The position numbers were made by a program, and so were the translations under genes. Positions 13,930-25,664 of a stretch of 64,000 nucleotides of DNA are shown one piece after another (the stretch's first letter is position 1; each line of letters opens with the position of its first letter). Source of the stretch: Narcine bancroftii (Eukaryota); contig NW_027211801.1 in assembly GCF_036971445.1 (NCBI RefSeq), positions 1,116,001 through 1,180,000 of the forward strand, given 5' to 3'. The notes below the pieces were generated by a model, which was not told the DNA's origin, made no database searches, and saw only the letters and a program-made list of their open reading frames with translations.

Positions 13930-14565
13930 AATGGTAAATACCTTGATTGACGAAGGCCAGTTTCCCAAAACCTTTCTTTACAACCGTATTTACCAGTGAC
14001 GTCACTTTCAGGGAATTATGCATCTGAATTCCAAATGAGCTTTTGTAAATAGGGAGAAAATTGAAAGTACTCAGATTCAAATTGTCCTGGGAGTCCTCGT
14101 GCAGGATAGTCTGAGGGTAAACGTGCAGGCTGAGATGGTGGTAAAGTAGGCAAATGGTGAAGAAGGCAAGAGGAATAGAATACAAGAGCAGGGATGTGAT
14201 GTTGAGCCTTTCTAAGGCATTGGTGTATCCTTGGAGTATTGTGGGTAGTTTTGGGCTCCTCATTTAAGAAAGGATGTGCTGTCATTGGAAAGGGTTCAGA
14301 GGAGGTTCACAAGGATGATTCGGGAATGAAAGGGTTATCACATGAAGAGTCTTTGATGGATCTTGGTCTGTATTCGTTAGAGTTGAGGAGAATGAAGTTG
14401 ATTTCATGGAAAAATTTCAAACCTTGAAAGTGTGGACAGAGTAGACATAGAAAGGTTGTTTCCTAGGTGGGAGAGTTTTGGACAAGAGGACACAACTTCA
14501 GGATGGAAGGGCAACCGATAAGAACAGAGATTCAGAGGAATTTCTTCAGCCAGAGGGTGATGACC
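13930..14565. mobile_element. CR1 fragments (both orientations)
   Basis: VVKKGFGKLAFVNQ on the minus strand and the CR1 3' region (GLYSLE) on the plus strand. Confidence 0.7.
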
Positions 14566-14569
14566 ACCA

Positions 14570-16190
14570 GAGGGTGGTCATCCAGAATCTTTCCATAGCT
14601 ATGATGGTTCTCTTATTGCAGTGGTTGCCAAAGTCTCAGTGCCCCCCCACCCCACATCATCAAGAGAGTGGATATAGGGCACCACGAATGCAGGAAACAG
14701 TAGTCAGACCAGGTGGCAGAAAGCCATCGTTGGAGCGGTGGCCGCAAACCCAGTGGGTGCCGTTCAAGGTCCAGGGAGCCCCCAGCTTGGCAACACCATT
14801 GGAGGTCATGAGTGTGGAGCCCAGGTACCCTCTGTGCAGGCAGTCACTGTCGCTGACTGGGAGGTTGGAGGTTTGTCTGATGGGGAGCCTGGACCAGCAC
14901 TCCTTTAGTTTGTGGAGGAGCTGTGGGATGTTGCAGGGATGGGGAGGGGGTGGGGACGCAGAGTGTGAGTGAAGATTAAATTGTAAGAAGGGAAATGCCA
15001 GTTCATAAAGCACCCACCACATCAGGGTCAGTGGAGGGGACAGTGTTCAGTGGAGAGGTCAGGGGTGGTGGGCTGCCTTTAGGCCCACCCTCTACAGATA
15101 AACTGAAGCCCGCTGGAGTGAAGAGTCTACATAAGCAGTTCATCTAAGAGTCATCCAGCAGGATGGGAGTCAGTGGTGGTGCTTGATCGGCATGTGCTGG
15201 GGTTTGGACGCAGATCCAGCAGTACGATCTGTTAGTCGTAGTTGAAAAGTCGCTGGCAATGGGGAGGAAAGTGTTTGTCGGTGTGACATTACCGATGATC
15301 GCAGCGAGCAGTAGGGACAAGAGCCAGATTTGCATGGTCCTGTGGGGTAAAAGAATAGGGGGGTTGGGGGAGAGGAAGGGGAGGGGGATAAACTAATTGT
15401 CTCTGAGTGAGATGGTGAATGTGGTGAAAAGACAGGTTTGTGTGACCCGGGATCGCGACCCAACGTGTTCCTAGGACTGTGCCCGACATTTTCTCCTTCT
15501 GGGGAGACCTTGTGTCTATCGTATCCACACTCTCCCTCAGTCTTCAGTCTCGTGGAGTTTGGTGGGCTTGGATTCAGGAGGTCGGGAGTGTGTCCAGGTG
15601 GCTTGACAGTGGAGTCTCCCTGTGGCCAATGGGCCATGTGTTTAAATGATCCCCAGCCTGCTGCAGCACACTCAGCCACCCCCGCAGTGTGTGGGAGGGG
15701 GTCAGGATGTGGATGCTCTCTTTGATCAAGCCGTTCATGCTTTCCATTTGCCACGATGCCTGTGGGAGGGAGGAGATGTGGAGCAGCCATGAAATCCCCT
15801 CCTCAGCATCCCAGTCCTGGGCTTCAGCCCCCATGAAGTGTGAGTCCTGATCGGATTGTACCTGCCATGGGGCTCCATAGATGGATGAGATGTGCTGGAA
15901 TCCTTTGATGGTGTTATTCTGGTCAGCTTTCTTGAAGGGTACTGCAACCAATACACCAGAATATGTGTCCACCATTGACAGGACATATTGTTTTAAATTT
16001 TGGCATGGGAGCTGTCTGATATAGTCAATCAGCCATACACAAACTGTTCCCGTGCCATGGCGAATATGACCTGGTGGTCCCATTGGCCAGTCCTTTGGCT
16101 TCACCTGTTGGCAGACAGGGCAGTCAAGCACGGCAGTTTTGCGCTGGTCCAGGGTGAGGGAAAACCCGAACATCACATACCACATCCTGG
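14570..16190 (-). mobile_element. ERV relic: integrase plus env N-terminus (left arm of an inverted pair)
   Basis: DCPVCQQ, WLIDYIRQLP, MVDTYSG and QSDQDSHF (integrase). Env MQIWLLSLLLAAII...CWICVQ follows the splice acceptor ttaccccacag. Confidence 0.85.
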
Positions 16191-18670
16191 GGGAACACCA
16201 GGAAATTACCCCATCTCAAGAGACTGACAATGGGGTGCTGGCTGCATGGTCACACCACGAAAGCGACCACCTCAGGGCCAAAACACACAATGATAGGGGA
16301 TTGGGATTTCCCTCACCCTAGAAAAGTGCAAAAATGCTGTGCTTGACTGTCATGTATGCAAAAAGGCCAATGGGACCGCCAGGTCATATTCACCGTGGCA
16401 CGGGAGCAGGACGAGTATGACAGACTGACTATATCAGACTGCTCCCACGCCTAAATAAAAAAACAATACCTCCTGACGAGGATGGACAGATATTCTGGTG
16501 TATCGGTGGCAGTACCCTTCGAGAAAGCCGACCAGAATAATCCCGTCAAAGAATTCCAGTACCTCTCATCTATCTATGGAGCCTCATGGGAGGGACAATC
16601 CGATCAGGGCTCACACTTCAGGGGGCTTAAGCTCAGGACTGGGCTGCTGAGGCGGGATCTTATGGCTGCTCTACATCCCCTGCCACCTGCAGGCATCGGG
16701 GCTAATTGAAAGGATGAAGGGCCTATTCAAAGAGAGCATCTGCACCCTGATCCCCTCCCACACTCTGTGGGGGTGGCTGAGCATGCTGCAGCAGGCTGGG
16801 GATCATTTAAACACACAGCCCACTGGCCAAGTGGAGACACCACTGTCATGCCACCTGGACACACTACCCACTTCTTAAATCTGAGCCCACCAAACCCCCT
16901 GAGACCGAGGACTCGGGGAGAGTGTGGGACAACAGACAAAGGATCCCCTCCAGTAGGGAGAAATTGGCATGCGAGGTCTTGGGGACACAAGTTGGGTCGC
17001 GATTCCAGGTCACACTAACCTGTTTTGTCTCTACACCCAGCATCTTACTTGGAGACAATGAGTTTATCCCTCACCCCTCACTCTCTCCACTATTCTTTCA
17101 CCCCACAGGACCATGCAAGTCTCCAACAAGTCCCCGCTGCTCTCTGCGATCATCGGTAATGTCACACCGACAAACACCCTCCTCCACGTTACCTGAGCCT
17201 TTGCCACGATGACTAACAGATCGGACTGTTTGATCTAGGTCCAAACCCCAGCACAGACCGATCAATCACCACCACTGATTCCCATCCTGCTGGACAACTC
17301 TCAGATGAACTGCTTATGTAGACTCTTTACTCCAACGGGCTTCAGTTATCTGTATGTGGTGGGCCTGAAGGCAGCCCACCACCCCTGACCTCTCCACTGA
17401 ACACTGTTGCCTCCATTGAGCCCTGATGGGGTGGGTGCTTTATGAACTGGTATTTCCCTTCTTACAAATTGACCTCCACTCGAATCCCACCCCCCACCCC
17501 TCCGCATCCCTGCGACATCACACAGCTCCTCCACAAACCAAAGGAGTGCTGATGCAGACTCCCCATCAAACACACCTCCAACCTCTCAGTCGGTGACAGT
17601 GACTGCCTGCACAGAGGGTACACGGGCCCAGCACTCACCATCTTTAAAGGTGTCGACACTGAATGTCACCCACTGGTATGCAGCCACCATACCTACCCCT
17701 GGTTCCCTGCCACCTGATTTGGCTGCTCTTTCCCCACATTTGTGGTGCCCTACATCCACACTCTCGACGAACTGCGGGAGCACCCGGCCTTCAGAGATCA
17801 GCACAAAAAGAGAACCATCTCAGCCGTGAAAGGGTTCTGGATGAATGCCTTCCCGGTCCGGTACCTCCCGGCTCTCCACTGAAGTGATCCAGATGACCCC
17901 CTTCCTCAAGAAGTTGGCCAATGAGACAGCAGAGACATTACAACATATGCAGGACCCCTTGACCTGGACAGCTGCGGAGCTGACGGCGGTCCAAATGGTC
18001 GCACTGCAATATTTCAAGGCCCTTGACTACCTGCTGTCAGTGAATGGTGGGGGGGGGTGGGTAGGTACCTGTGCTGTCATTGGTCAGGACGCTGTATCTA
18101 CCTACCTGACGAATCCACCAACATCACCCACCTAGCTGACCACATTCTGGACTCAGTGGCTAAAATTATAAAATTCCAGGGAGCAGTTCATCCAGCACAT
18201 CATCTCATGGGGAGACTGGTGGCCATTTGGCTCCATTGGGGATGTCTGGGCAACTATCATTTACTGGGGGACTGTATTTATTCCTATTATTATAGCCAGG
18301 ATTATACTTTGTTGTGCCTGTCGAATCATAGGCACCTCGGCATTACTCCGTTAGTCGTAGATATCACCTGTCATATATTATTGGTGTGCAGTGTATCTTC
18401 CGAAGGGATGGATTGTAATGGAGAGGCAGCGTCCATCACCTGGTGGCGCTTCTGCGCTCCTGTTGGGAGGGCACACTACCTGCCAATCGGATCAAAGTCT
18501 CACGCCAAGCCATCAAGTTGACCCTTGCGATTGGCCCACCTAAATCACCAGGTTCTGAGTCCAGACAGCCTGCCCGGACTCAGCCCTCATCTTCACCTAA
18601 TTGGTCCAGGTGAATCACCTCGACTGACATTTGTTCAGCCCCTGCACTTGGCTTCAGGTGGTCAAGGGGT
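16190..18670 (+). mobile_element. ERV relic: integrase, env (SU-TM), PPT and partial 3' LTR
   Basis: Integrase HH..CC and D,D motifs. Env ATG at 17113 follows an acceptor. TM heptad plus ISD-like LQYFKALDYLL and GTCAVIG. Purine tract then LTR TGTAAT at 18414. Confidence 0.85.
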
Positions 18671-19379
18671 GGGGGCTCACAGGGAGGGAGGGAGTGAGGG
18701 ATTGGTACTTACACCACATGTATTATCTGATATATATAATTCATTATTGATTGAATGTTGTGATTTTAAACTTTTAAATCAAATATTTAAAAAAAAACAA
18801 GCAGCAATGGCCCCAGCCCTATTCCTGAGACACACCACGAGTGACAGGCCTCCAGTCTGAGAAGCAATCATCTGCTATCAGTTTAATGGCCTTTTGTCCC
18901 ATTACAACTCTAACTGTACCTGCCCTGTCTCTAACACCGACTTTCCGTTGTTTCTGCCTCCCACTCGGCCTTTGCGCCCGGACTGAATCTCAGTACTTGA
19001 TTCTGACGGGTTTATCTCCAGACTGCAATGTTTATCTTTAATACCTTCATCCAGAGCCTCGCAGTAAATGGTGGAGCATTAATGTTTCCAGAAGTATAAA
19101 CACACAGCCCACATCAGCTCTCCCTCCCTTCCTGCCCCCTCCCCTGCCCCCTCACCAACCGTGACCACAAAACCTGCCTTCAGAATTAGAAACATTGTTG
19201 ATTTGTGTAATGGCAGCTAAGTAAAGGCTTGGGCAACACCGCCGAGGTCCCCAGAGGGAGCTAACGAGAAACGCAGAAGGCAGCTGTCTTCTCGACCATG
19301 GGAGCCATTGTCTGTCTGGGCCTGAGGGTGAGGGAGGAGGGAACAATTCCCAGATACATCAATCCTTTTCTCTAACCTG

Positions 19380-19940
19380 ATGATGGGTTCATTTCCACTA
19401 ACCTGCCTTTTCCCATATCCCTTAATTCACCTCCTATGTAAAAATCTATACAACCTTGCCTTCAATATATTTACTGAGGATGCCTGGAATGCTTCAATGG
19501 GCAGCGAATTCCACAGATTCCCCACCCTCTGGGAATAGCAGTTCCTCCTCATCTCCATCCTAATGCTACTCCCCTGGATCTTGAGGCAAAGTCCCCTCGT
19601 TCTGGTCTCCCCCACCAATGGGCACAACTCACCGAGCTCTTTCTTATCCACACCTTTCATGATTTTATACATTTCTATAAGATCCCATCCCATTCTTCTA
19701 AATTCCAGCAAGTGCTAACACAGACAACTCATTCTCTCTTCATAGGCCAACCCCTTCATCTCTGGAATCAACTTGGTGAACGTCCTCTGCACCGATTTAA
19801 AGCCAGGACATCCTTCCTCAGGTAAGGAGACCAGAACTGCTACAGTTCTCCAGATGCAGCCTGAACAGGACTTTGTACAGTTATAGCACAATCTGCCTGC
19901 TACTAAATTCAATCCCTCCAGCCCTGAAGGCCAAGATTCC
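19380..19940 (-). mobile_element. CR1 3' fragment (paralogous to ~29690-30190)
   Basis: DLIEMYKIMKG and QRVGNLWNSLP. Confidence 0.8.
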
Positions 19941-20109
19941 TGTCCCTGAACTCCTGCAATGTATCCATGGCTGAAACGCCAGTGCTGATTTCCTTTCCTT
20001 AATTATGTCCACGTTGTTAAAAGCCATCTTATGAAAAGCAAAATAAATAAAAGTGAAGGGTTACTGGAAGGACTCAGCCAGCCAAGTAGCATCTGTGGAG
20101 ATAAATCCA

Positions 20110-20850
20110 CCAGAATCAGGATTTATTGGCACAAACATGCCAATCCGTGTCAAAGAAGAACCTGTGAGGGTGGAAAACCAGAATAAAACAGTAAGGGACG
20201 TCGCCCAAATCTCAGAATGACCAAAATCAACTGTTTGGAACATCATTGAGAAGAAAGAGGATCCAGGTGATCTCAGTCAATGCAATGGGACTGGTCGACC
20301 AAGGAAAATCTCCACTGTTGATGACAGAAGAAATCTCAGCAGAATGAAGAAGATTCCCCAAATTCCTGTCGGACCGATCAGAAACACTCTTCAGGAGGCA
20401 GGTGTGGATACATCATGGCGACTGTCCACAGGAGACTAAGGTTTGACGATGTCTCTCACTGCTTTATTCTGGTTTTCCAGCCTCATAATGGATTCTTTCA
20501 CTTTCATTGGCTCAACTCTGGTCCTCGTGTAGAAAGATGGCAACCACAGACTCCAAACACTTTGAGCAAGTCTCGCTCACTTATACCTGCACCAATGAAG
20601 CAATTAAACACACCTGAGTTCTCACAAACAGCGGTGAAGCCAAATGTCCCAAACGTTATGGTTCGCTGAAATGACGGGACTATGGATAAAAAGGGCTGTA
20701 ATTTCTCCATGGTCAAACCAAACTGTGTACAAATAACCTTGATTATAAAGTGGAATGTGGACTTTATTTGTTGCTGTTCTCCTCAGTTTTCAACTTGAAA
20801 TCAGACAATTCACATGTATTTAAAGGGAAAAAGCATCTTAGTTCCAAACA
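20110..20850. mobile_element. Tc1/mariner-derived non-autonomous element (paralogue at ~30370-31065)
   Basis: TGRPRK.S..DDRR transposase N-terminal remnant. Internal inverted repeat 20160-20210 vs 20440-20490. Confidence 0.6.
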
Positions 20851-20856
20851 TCCTAA

Positions 20857-21560
20857 ACTGAGGAGTGGGGGAGAACAGAGGGACCTGGGAATACAGATAC
20901 ATCATTGTCTGAACATGGCATCACGGGGGGATAGGGGTGGAAAGAGAGCTTTTGGAATCTTGACCTTCATAAATGGAAGTATTGAGAACAGGAGTTGGGA
21001 TATTTTGGTCAAGTTCTATTAGATATTGGTGAGGCCAAATCTGGAGCATCGTGTGCAGTTTTCATCACCAAACTACAGGAAAGTTATCACAAAGATTGAA
21101 AGAGAGCAGAGAAGATTTACAAAGAAGTTGCCCCGACTTCAGGAACTGAGGTACAAGTAAAGGTTAAACAGGTGAAGACTTTATTCCCTGGAATGTAGAA
21201 GAATGAACGGAGATTTGATAGAGGTATTTAAAATTATGAGGGAGATAGACAGAGTAAATATAGGCAGGATTTTCCCGTGAGGGGAGGTGAGATAGAGACC
21301 AGAGGACATGGGTTAAAGGAGAAAGGGAAAAAGATTTGGGTGAACTTCACACAGAAAGCGGTGGGATTGTGGAATGAGGTGCCAGCTAAAGTGGTGAATG
21401 CAGGCTCAATGTTCACATTTTAGAAGTATTTGGACAGGTACCTAGATGGGAGGAGTATGGACGGCTATGGGTGGGGTGCATGTCAGTGGGACTAGGCAAT
21501 AACATGGTTCGACACAGACTAGATGGGCTGAAAGGCCTGTTTTGTCTGTAATGTTCTTTG
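20857..21560 (+). mobile_element. CR1 3' fragment upstream of the IgL promoter (paralogues 31070-32005 and 50700-51135)
   Basis: CR1 C-terminal motifs and 3'UTR hairpin/tail. Confidence 0.8.
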
Positions 21561-21846
21561 ATGAAGGGCACTGTGTCTCTGGCTAATTAGTGGTAATTAT
21601 GCCTCTCCCGCAGGAGAAAGTTTGTGTTATGTCATGTATGTGACCTGAGAACAAATCTGATTATTTCAGGGATCACAACCAGATTAGGTGATTCTCCACC
21701 CCACGGTGTTCTCCTGACACCTCTCCCTCATGGGCATCCCTTCTTAAACAGAGCCTCCGGAGCTGCTTTGCACACGCTAGAGCCGGATTGGCACCGGGAG
21801 TTCAAGGAACCCAATCGCGCAGCTTTGTCTTCGCCTGTCTGGACCG

Positions 21847-22784
21847 ATGATCTCTGCGCCGCGTCTCCTGTGATCTATGATGGTCTGGATTCCAGGTGAG
21901 AAGTCAGGGGGCCATTCCCCATTTATTATAACCTGCCCCCTCCAGCAAAGGTCACATTGAGAACGCACTGTACAAAAACCCTCTGGGGTGGCCTGAGATT
22001 CAGATTTCTTGTCAGAGCCCGCACATCCATCACCGGGATTCTTTCTCCTGCCTGCCCGGCCGATTGACCACCCATTACTAGCGACTCCCCATTCTCCCTC
22101 TCTTCCCCATCTCCCTCTCCCCTTCCCTTCAGCTCTCCACCTCCTTTCCCTCTCCATTCACAGACCCATCCCCCCTCCCCTTGTTGGCTGATGTGCCCTC
22201 CCTCCCTTATCCACCTCTGACCTCCTGCCTATTTGGATTCCTGCTCCACCCCCGCCCCCTCACCATTTTGTCCGCGCGCCCCCTCAACCCTTGTTGAAGG
22301 GCTCAGGCTATTTCTGCTACCTAAAGTTTGATGCTTGACCTGCTGAGTTTCCCCACCGTTGTTCCAACTTCAATCATTGCGTCTGCAGACTTTCCTTTTT
22401 CATTCCTCACCTATTTAAACTTTCCCTGTAACTGAGATCCTCAAGACATGGTAACATTCGTGCAAATCCTCCGCCCACCTCCTTCCAATGTTATTGTTGT
22501 CTTTCCTGCAGTTTGGTGACCAAATGCATGTAATTCTCCAAATTTAGCCTTCCCAATGTCTGAGTGTTAACTCTTTCTCCCGCACACACCTGAATGTTTC
22601 CCCTTACTTGTGATATGACTGGTTCGATTTTTGCTTTCAGGTCTCTTCTGTGATGTGGATTCGCCTGAACAATGCAGGGATTGGTGCTGAAGACGGCCTG
22701 TCGGAGCATGGGAGTTTTTAGGAGGTCCTCTCTATTGGAACATTGCACAGGTCTACGACCCTGGAACGATATTGGTCATTACCA
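21847..22784 (+). pseudogene. IgL paralogue: leader plus in-frame mini-exon (truncated V/FR2 + J), no complete V and no linked C
   Basis: Leader 21847-21895 has TGA at 21871 and an intact donor. Acceptor ttgctttcag at 22640 opens a 144-nt exon ending VYDPGTILVIT with donor GTGAGT at 22785. The downstream intron matches 32822-32995. Confidence 0.8.
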
Positions 22785-22958
22785 GTGAGTGAACTCAAGT
22801 AAATTTTGGGACATTTATTTCTCGATTTGCGAATTAAAAAAAAAATCATTTTGTCCATGAGCACAGAAGATGTCAGTAAACTGTCAAGACACAGCACTGT
22901 AGACAGATTCTGCAGATCCCCCTAAGCCAGATGAGGTTTAAAAAGTCACCTCAACACA

Positions 22959-25549
22959 TGTGGCATTGATTAAAGTTCACACTCGACTGGAGGGAGAACA
23001 AATGGTTTTATTAGCTGACAACACAGGTGGGGTTCACGAATAGGCTTCAGTGGGGTTCTGGGTTTAGGCAGAAAACCAGGGTTTATATACAGGCTCCAGG
23101 GGGAGGAGCTGGGAGGCAGGACCAGTCATCAGTACAGCACACTTCTAGTGAATCCCAATTCACTACATTCACCCCTTCCTTCAGAATTAAGGGTCTGTGG
23201 ATGACGAGAACAAGGATCAATAGCCAGGAAGAGACACAGAAGAGAAATATTTATGATAGTTTTTCCAGATTGAGGAGGTCCAGGGGTCTGGAGATCCTGG
23301 TGAAGTGCCTTAGCGCCGAGGTGTAATGGGGTCTTTGAGTCTCGTGGTCCGTCTGTGGTGGAAGGTTAGTGGGCTAGGGCTCCAGCTCGACAATGGAGGT
23401 GGATTCACTCTCCTCCAAAACCTGGTCCTGTGAGGCCCCGAGCAGGGGTGGGGAGAAAATGCTCAGTAGTTTGTGGGGCCTCTGAGGCAATGGATCCTCT
23501 GTTCCAGCAGGTGTCTGGTCCCTGACGGAGATGGTGTCTTCCCTACCATCCAGGCATGGCATGTATGCGTACGTGGGGTTGGCATGGAGCAATTTCACCC
23601 TTTCCACCTTGCTTCTCCTCGCTTCTCCTTACGTGCTTCTTGAAAAGGACCGGAGCAGGACTACTGAGCCGAGCTGGGAGCTTAGTCCCTGATGTTGACC
23701 TTCTGTTGAATGTAAACGTGAGCTCATGAGCAGTAGGTTTGTTTGCAGAGCAGAGTAGCGACCAAATGGAGTGGTGCGTGATGGGGAGGACATCCTGCCA
23801 GCATGAGTCTGGAAGGCCTTCTTGCTTCAGGGCAAGTTTGACAGCCTTTCAGATCGGGGCATTCTCTTTTTCAACCAGCCCATTCCCCTGGGGGTTGTAA
23901 CTGGTTGTCCTGTTGGACGTGATGCACCCACCAGCAGGAACTGAGGCAGCTCCTCGCTGATGAAGGCTGAGCCCCTGTCACTATCAATATAGCTGGGATA
24001 CTTGAACAGGTTGAAAATAGAATCTAGGCCCTTCATAACAGACGTAGCAGGTGTGCCTGAGCACGGGATGGCGACTGGGATGTGGGAGTATTCATCGATG
24101 AATGAAATCATATATTCCAGTTCGTGGAGAGGCAAGGTCTTGTAGAATTGATACTGAGCCGTTCAAAAGGCCTGAATGACTTAATCAGGTGTGCTTTTGC
24201 TGGGTGATAAAAGTGCGACTTATACTCAGTGCAGACCTGGCATGACCTGACGTTTTCTATTGCATAGGGAAAGTTGCGGGACTTGATCAAATGAGCCATG
24301 CGGGTGACCCCTGGGTGGCAGAGCATATTCTGTAAGGTCCACAGTTGACCAGTGTATGCGGATGCACATCATCCCCTGGACAAGGCATCTGGAGTGTGGA
24401 TAAGGGCTTCCTGGCCGGTAGATGATGCCCAAAATTCTCGGTGGATAGTTCAATCATCCACAAAGAAATTTTGTCATTCTCGATGTCATTCTTGATTTTT
24501 GCGCTATTTCCGTAGGCAGCAGGATGCGCAGCAGGCAATCTTGGGTGAGCCCGGGGCAGATGGCTTGGTACTGGAAGCCGGACCTCCCTTTGCATGGCAC
24601 TCCCTCACCCAATGTCCCTTCTTCTCACAGCTGGAGCACGCAAGTCTTTGGCTGGGCAGCAGGCAACGGGATGCTGTCCCTTGTTGCAGAAAAAGCACTC
24701 CTGGGTTCAGAAGGCAGCTGCCTTTAGAGGGAGGATCCGGTCCTTGGAGGTGCTCACCCGAGAGTGCCATCTCGTAGGCCACGAGGACATTGTTCTCGAG
24801 ACTGACCTGTTCCAGAGATTTGGCCAGCGTGACATGGCTAATGATGTTTTTCCTTCTTGACTCAAGCAGTTGCTGCCTCACATGCTTGGCGTGGACCCCC
24901 ACGGCCAGAGTGTTCTGGATCTGTTTATCTTTCCAGATGTGGCCTGAGGTGGCCACATACCTGCTCTTCTTAGCCAGTGTCCGCATAACCAGGACATTGT
25001 CCTCAATCGACTCTCCAGGCCGTTTGCGTCGTAGGGCAAGCCAGTGCCTCACTAGGTCCACGTTCGGGGCTTTTATGTAGTGGGCATTCAGATCCTCGAT
25101 GGTGGGCTCGTACATCAGGAAATCTCGGACGACTACGTACCCGTTCGTCCCTACCCTTGTCATGACCGCTGAACTCCAGAGTTTGTCTGTATGGAAGATG
25201 TCCCTAGCCGAGTTCAGGTAGGCCTGGAAGCAGTCTAGCCAATATGAAAACTCCAGAGCCGCATTCAGGAGACTGGGGGTCTGTTAGCAGCAAACTTGGC
25301 TTGAGTAACATCTCCATCCTTGTTTGTCAGCTAATAAAATTGTGGTGGGGAATAAAAGATCACAATCGACTGGAGGGAGAACATACACTTTTATTAGATT
25401 ACAACACAGGTAGGGGTCATGAATAGGCTTCAGTTTGGTTCTGGGTTTAGGTGTGAAACTAGGGTTAGATACAGGTAACAGGGGGAGGAGCAGGGAGGTG
25501 GGACCAGTCGTCAGTACGGCACATTAATAGTGAATCGCAGTTCACAACA
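22959..25549 (-). mobile_element. Internally deleted Gypsy element with two ~210-bp LTRs
   Basis: LTRs 22959-23167 and 25340-25549 (TG...CA), PPT at ~23168-23181. Gag CSSCEKKGHWVREC is fused directly to the RNase H end and integrase (DSDRGSAF). Protease and RT are missing. No TSD. Confidence 0.85.
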
Positions 25550-25664
25550 GAGATTAAAGGAATATGGTGAAATAACAGGTTATAAAATTAATTGAGATAA
25601 AAGTGAAATGATGCTTTTGGTTGAGGGGCATTATACTCAATGCAAAAAAAAGGTTCAATTTAAA

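Larger units (their letters stand above)
8610..13930 (-). mobile_element. Old L1 ORF2 3' region (host of the solo LTR and the CR1)
   Basis: AT-rich L1 ORF2 remnants at 8610-9020, 9743-10371 and 13625-13930, colinear with 41640-42830. Confidence 0.7.
18700..22958 (+). repeat. Segmental duplication of the IgL 5' unit (direct paralogue of ~28960-32995)
   Basis: Same ordered mosaic (L1 tail, unique DNA, CR1, Tc1, CR1, promoter, leader, post-J intron) at a ~10.3-10.4 kb offset. Confidence 0.9.

Noticed and set aside
22713-22750. Possible RSS (AGTTTTTAG...CATTGCA) upstream of the J-like segment
   Set aside because: The spacer is 19 nt rather than 12 or 23, and the heptamer matches only 4 of 7 with the critical bases wrong.
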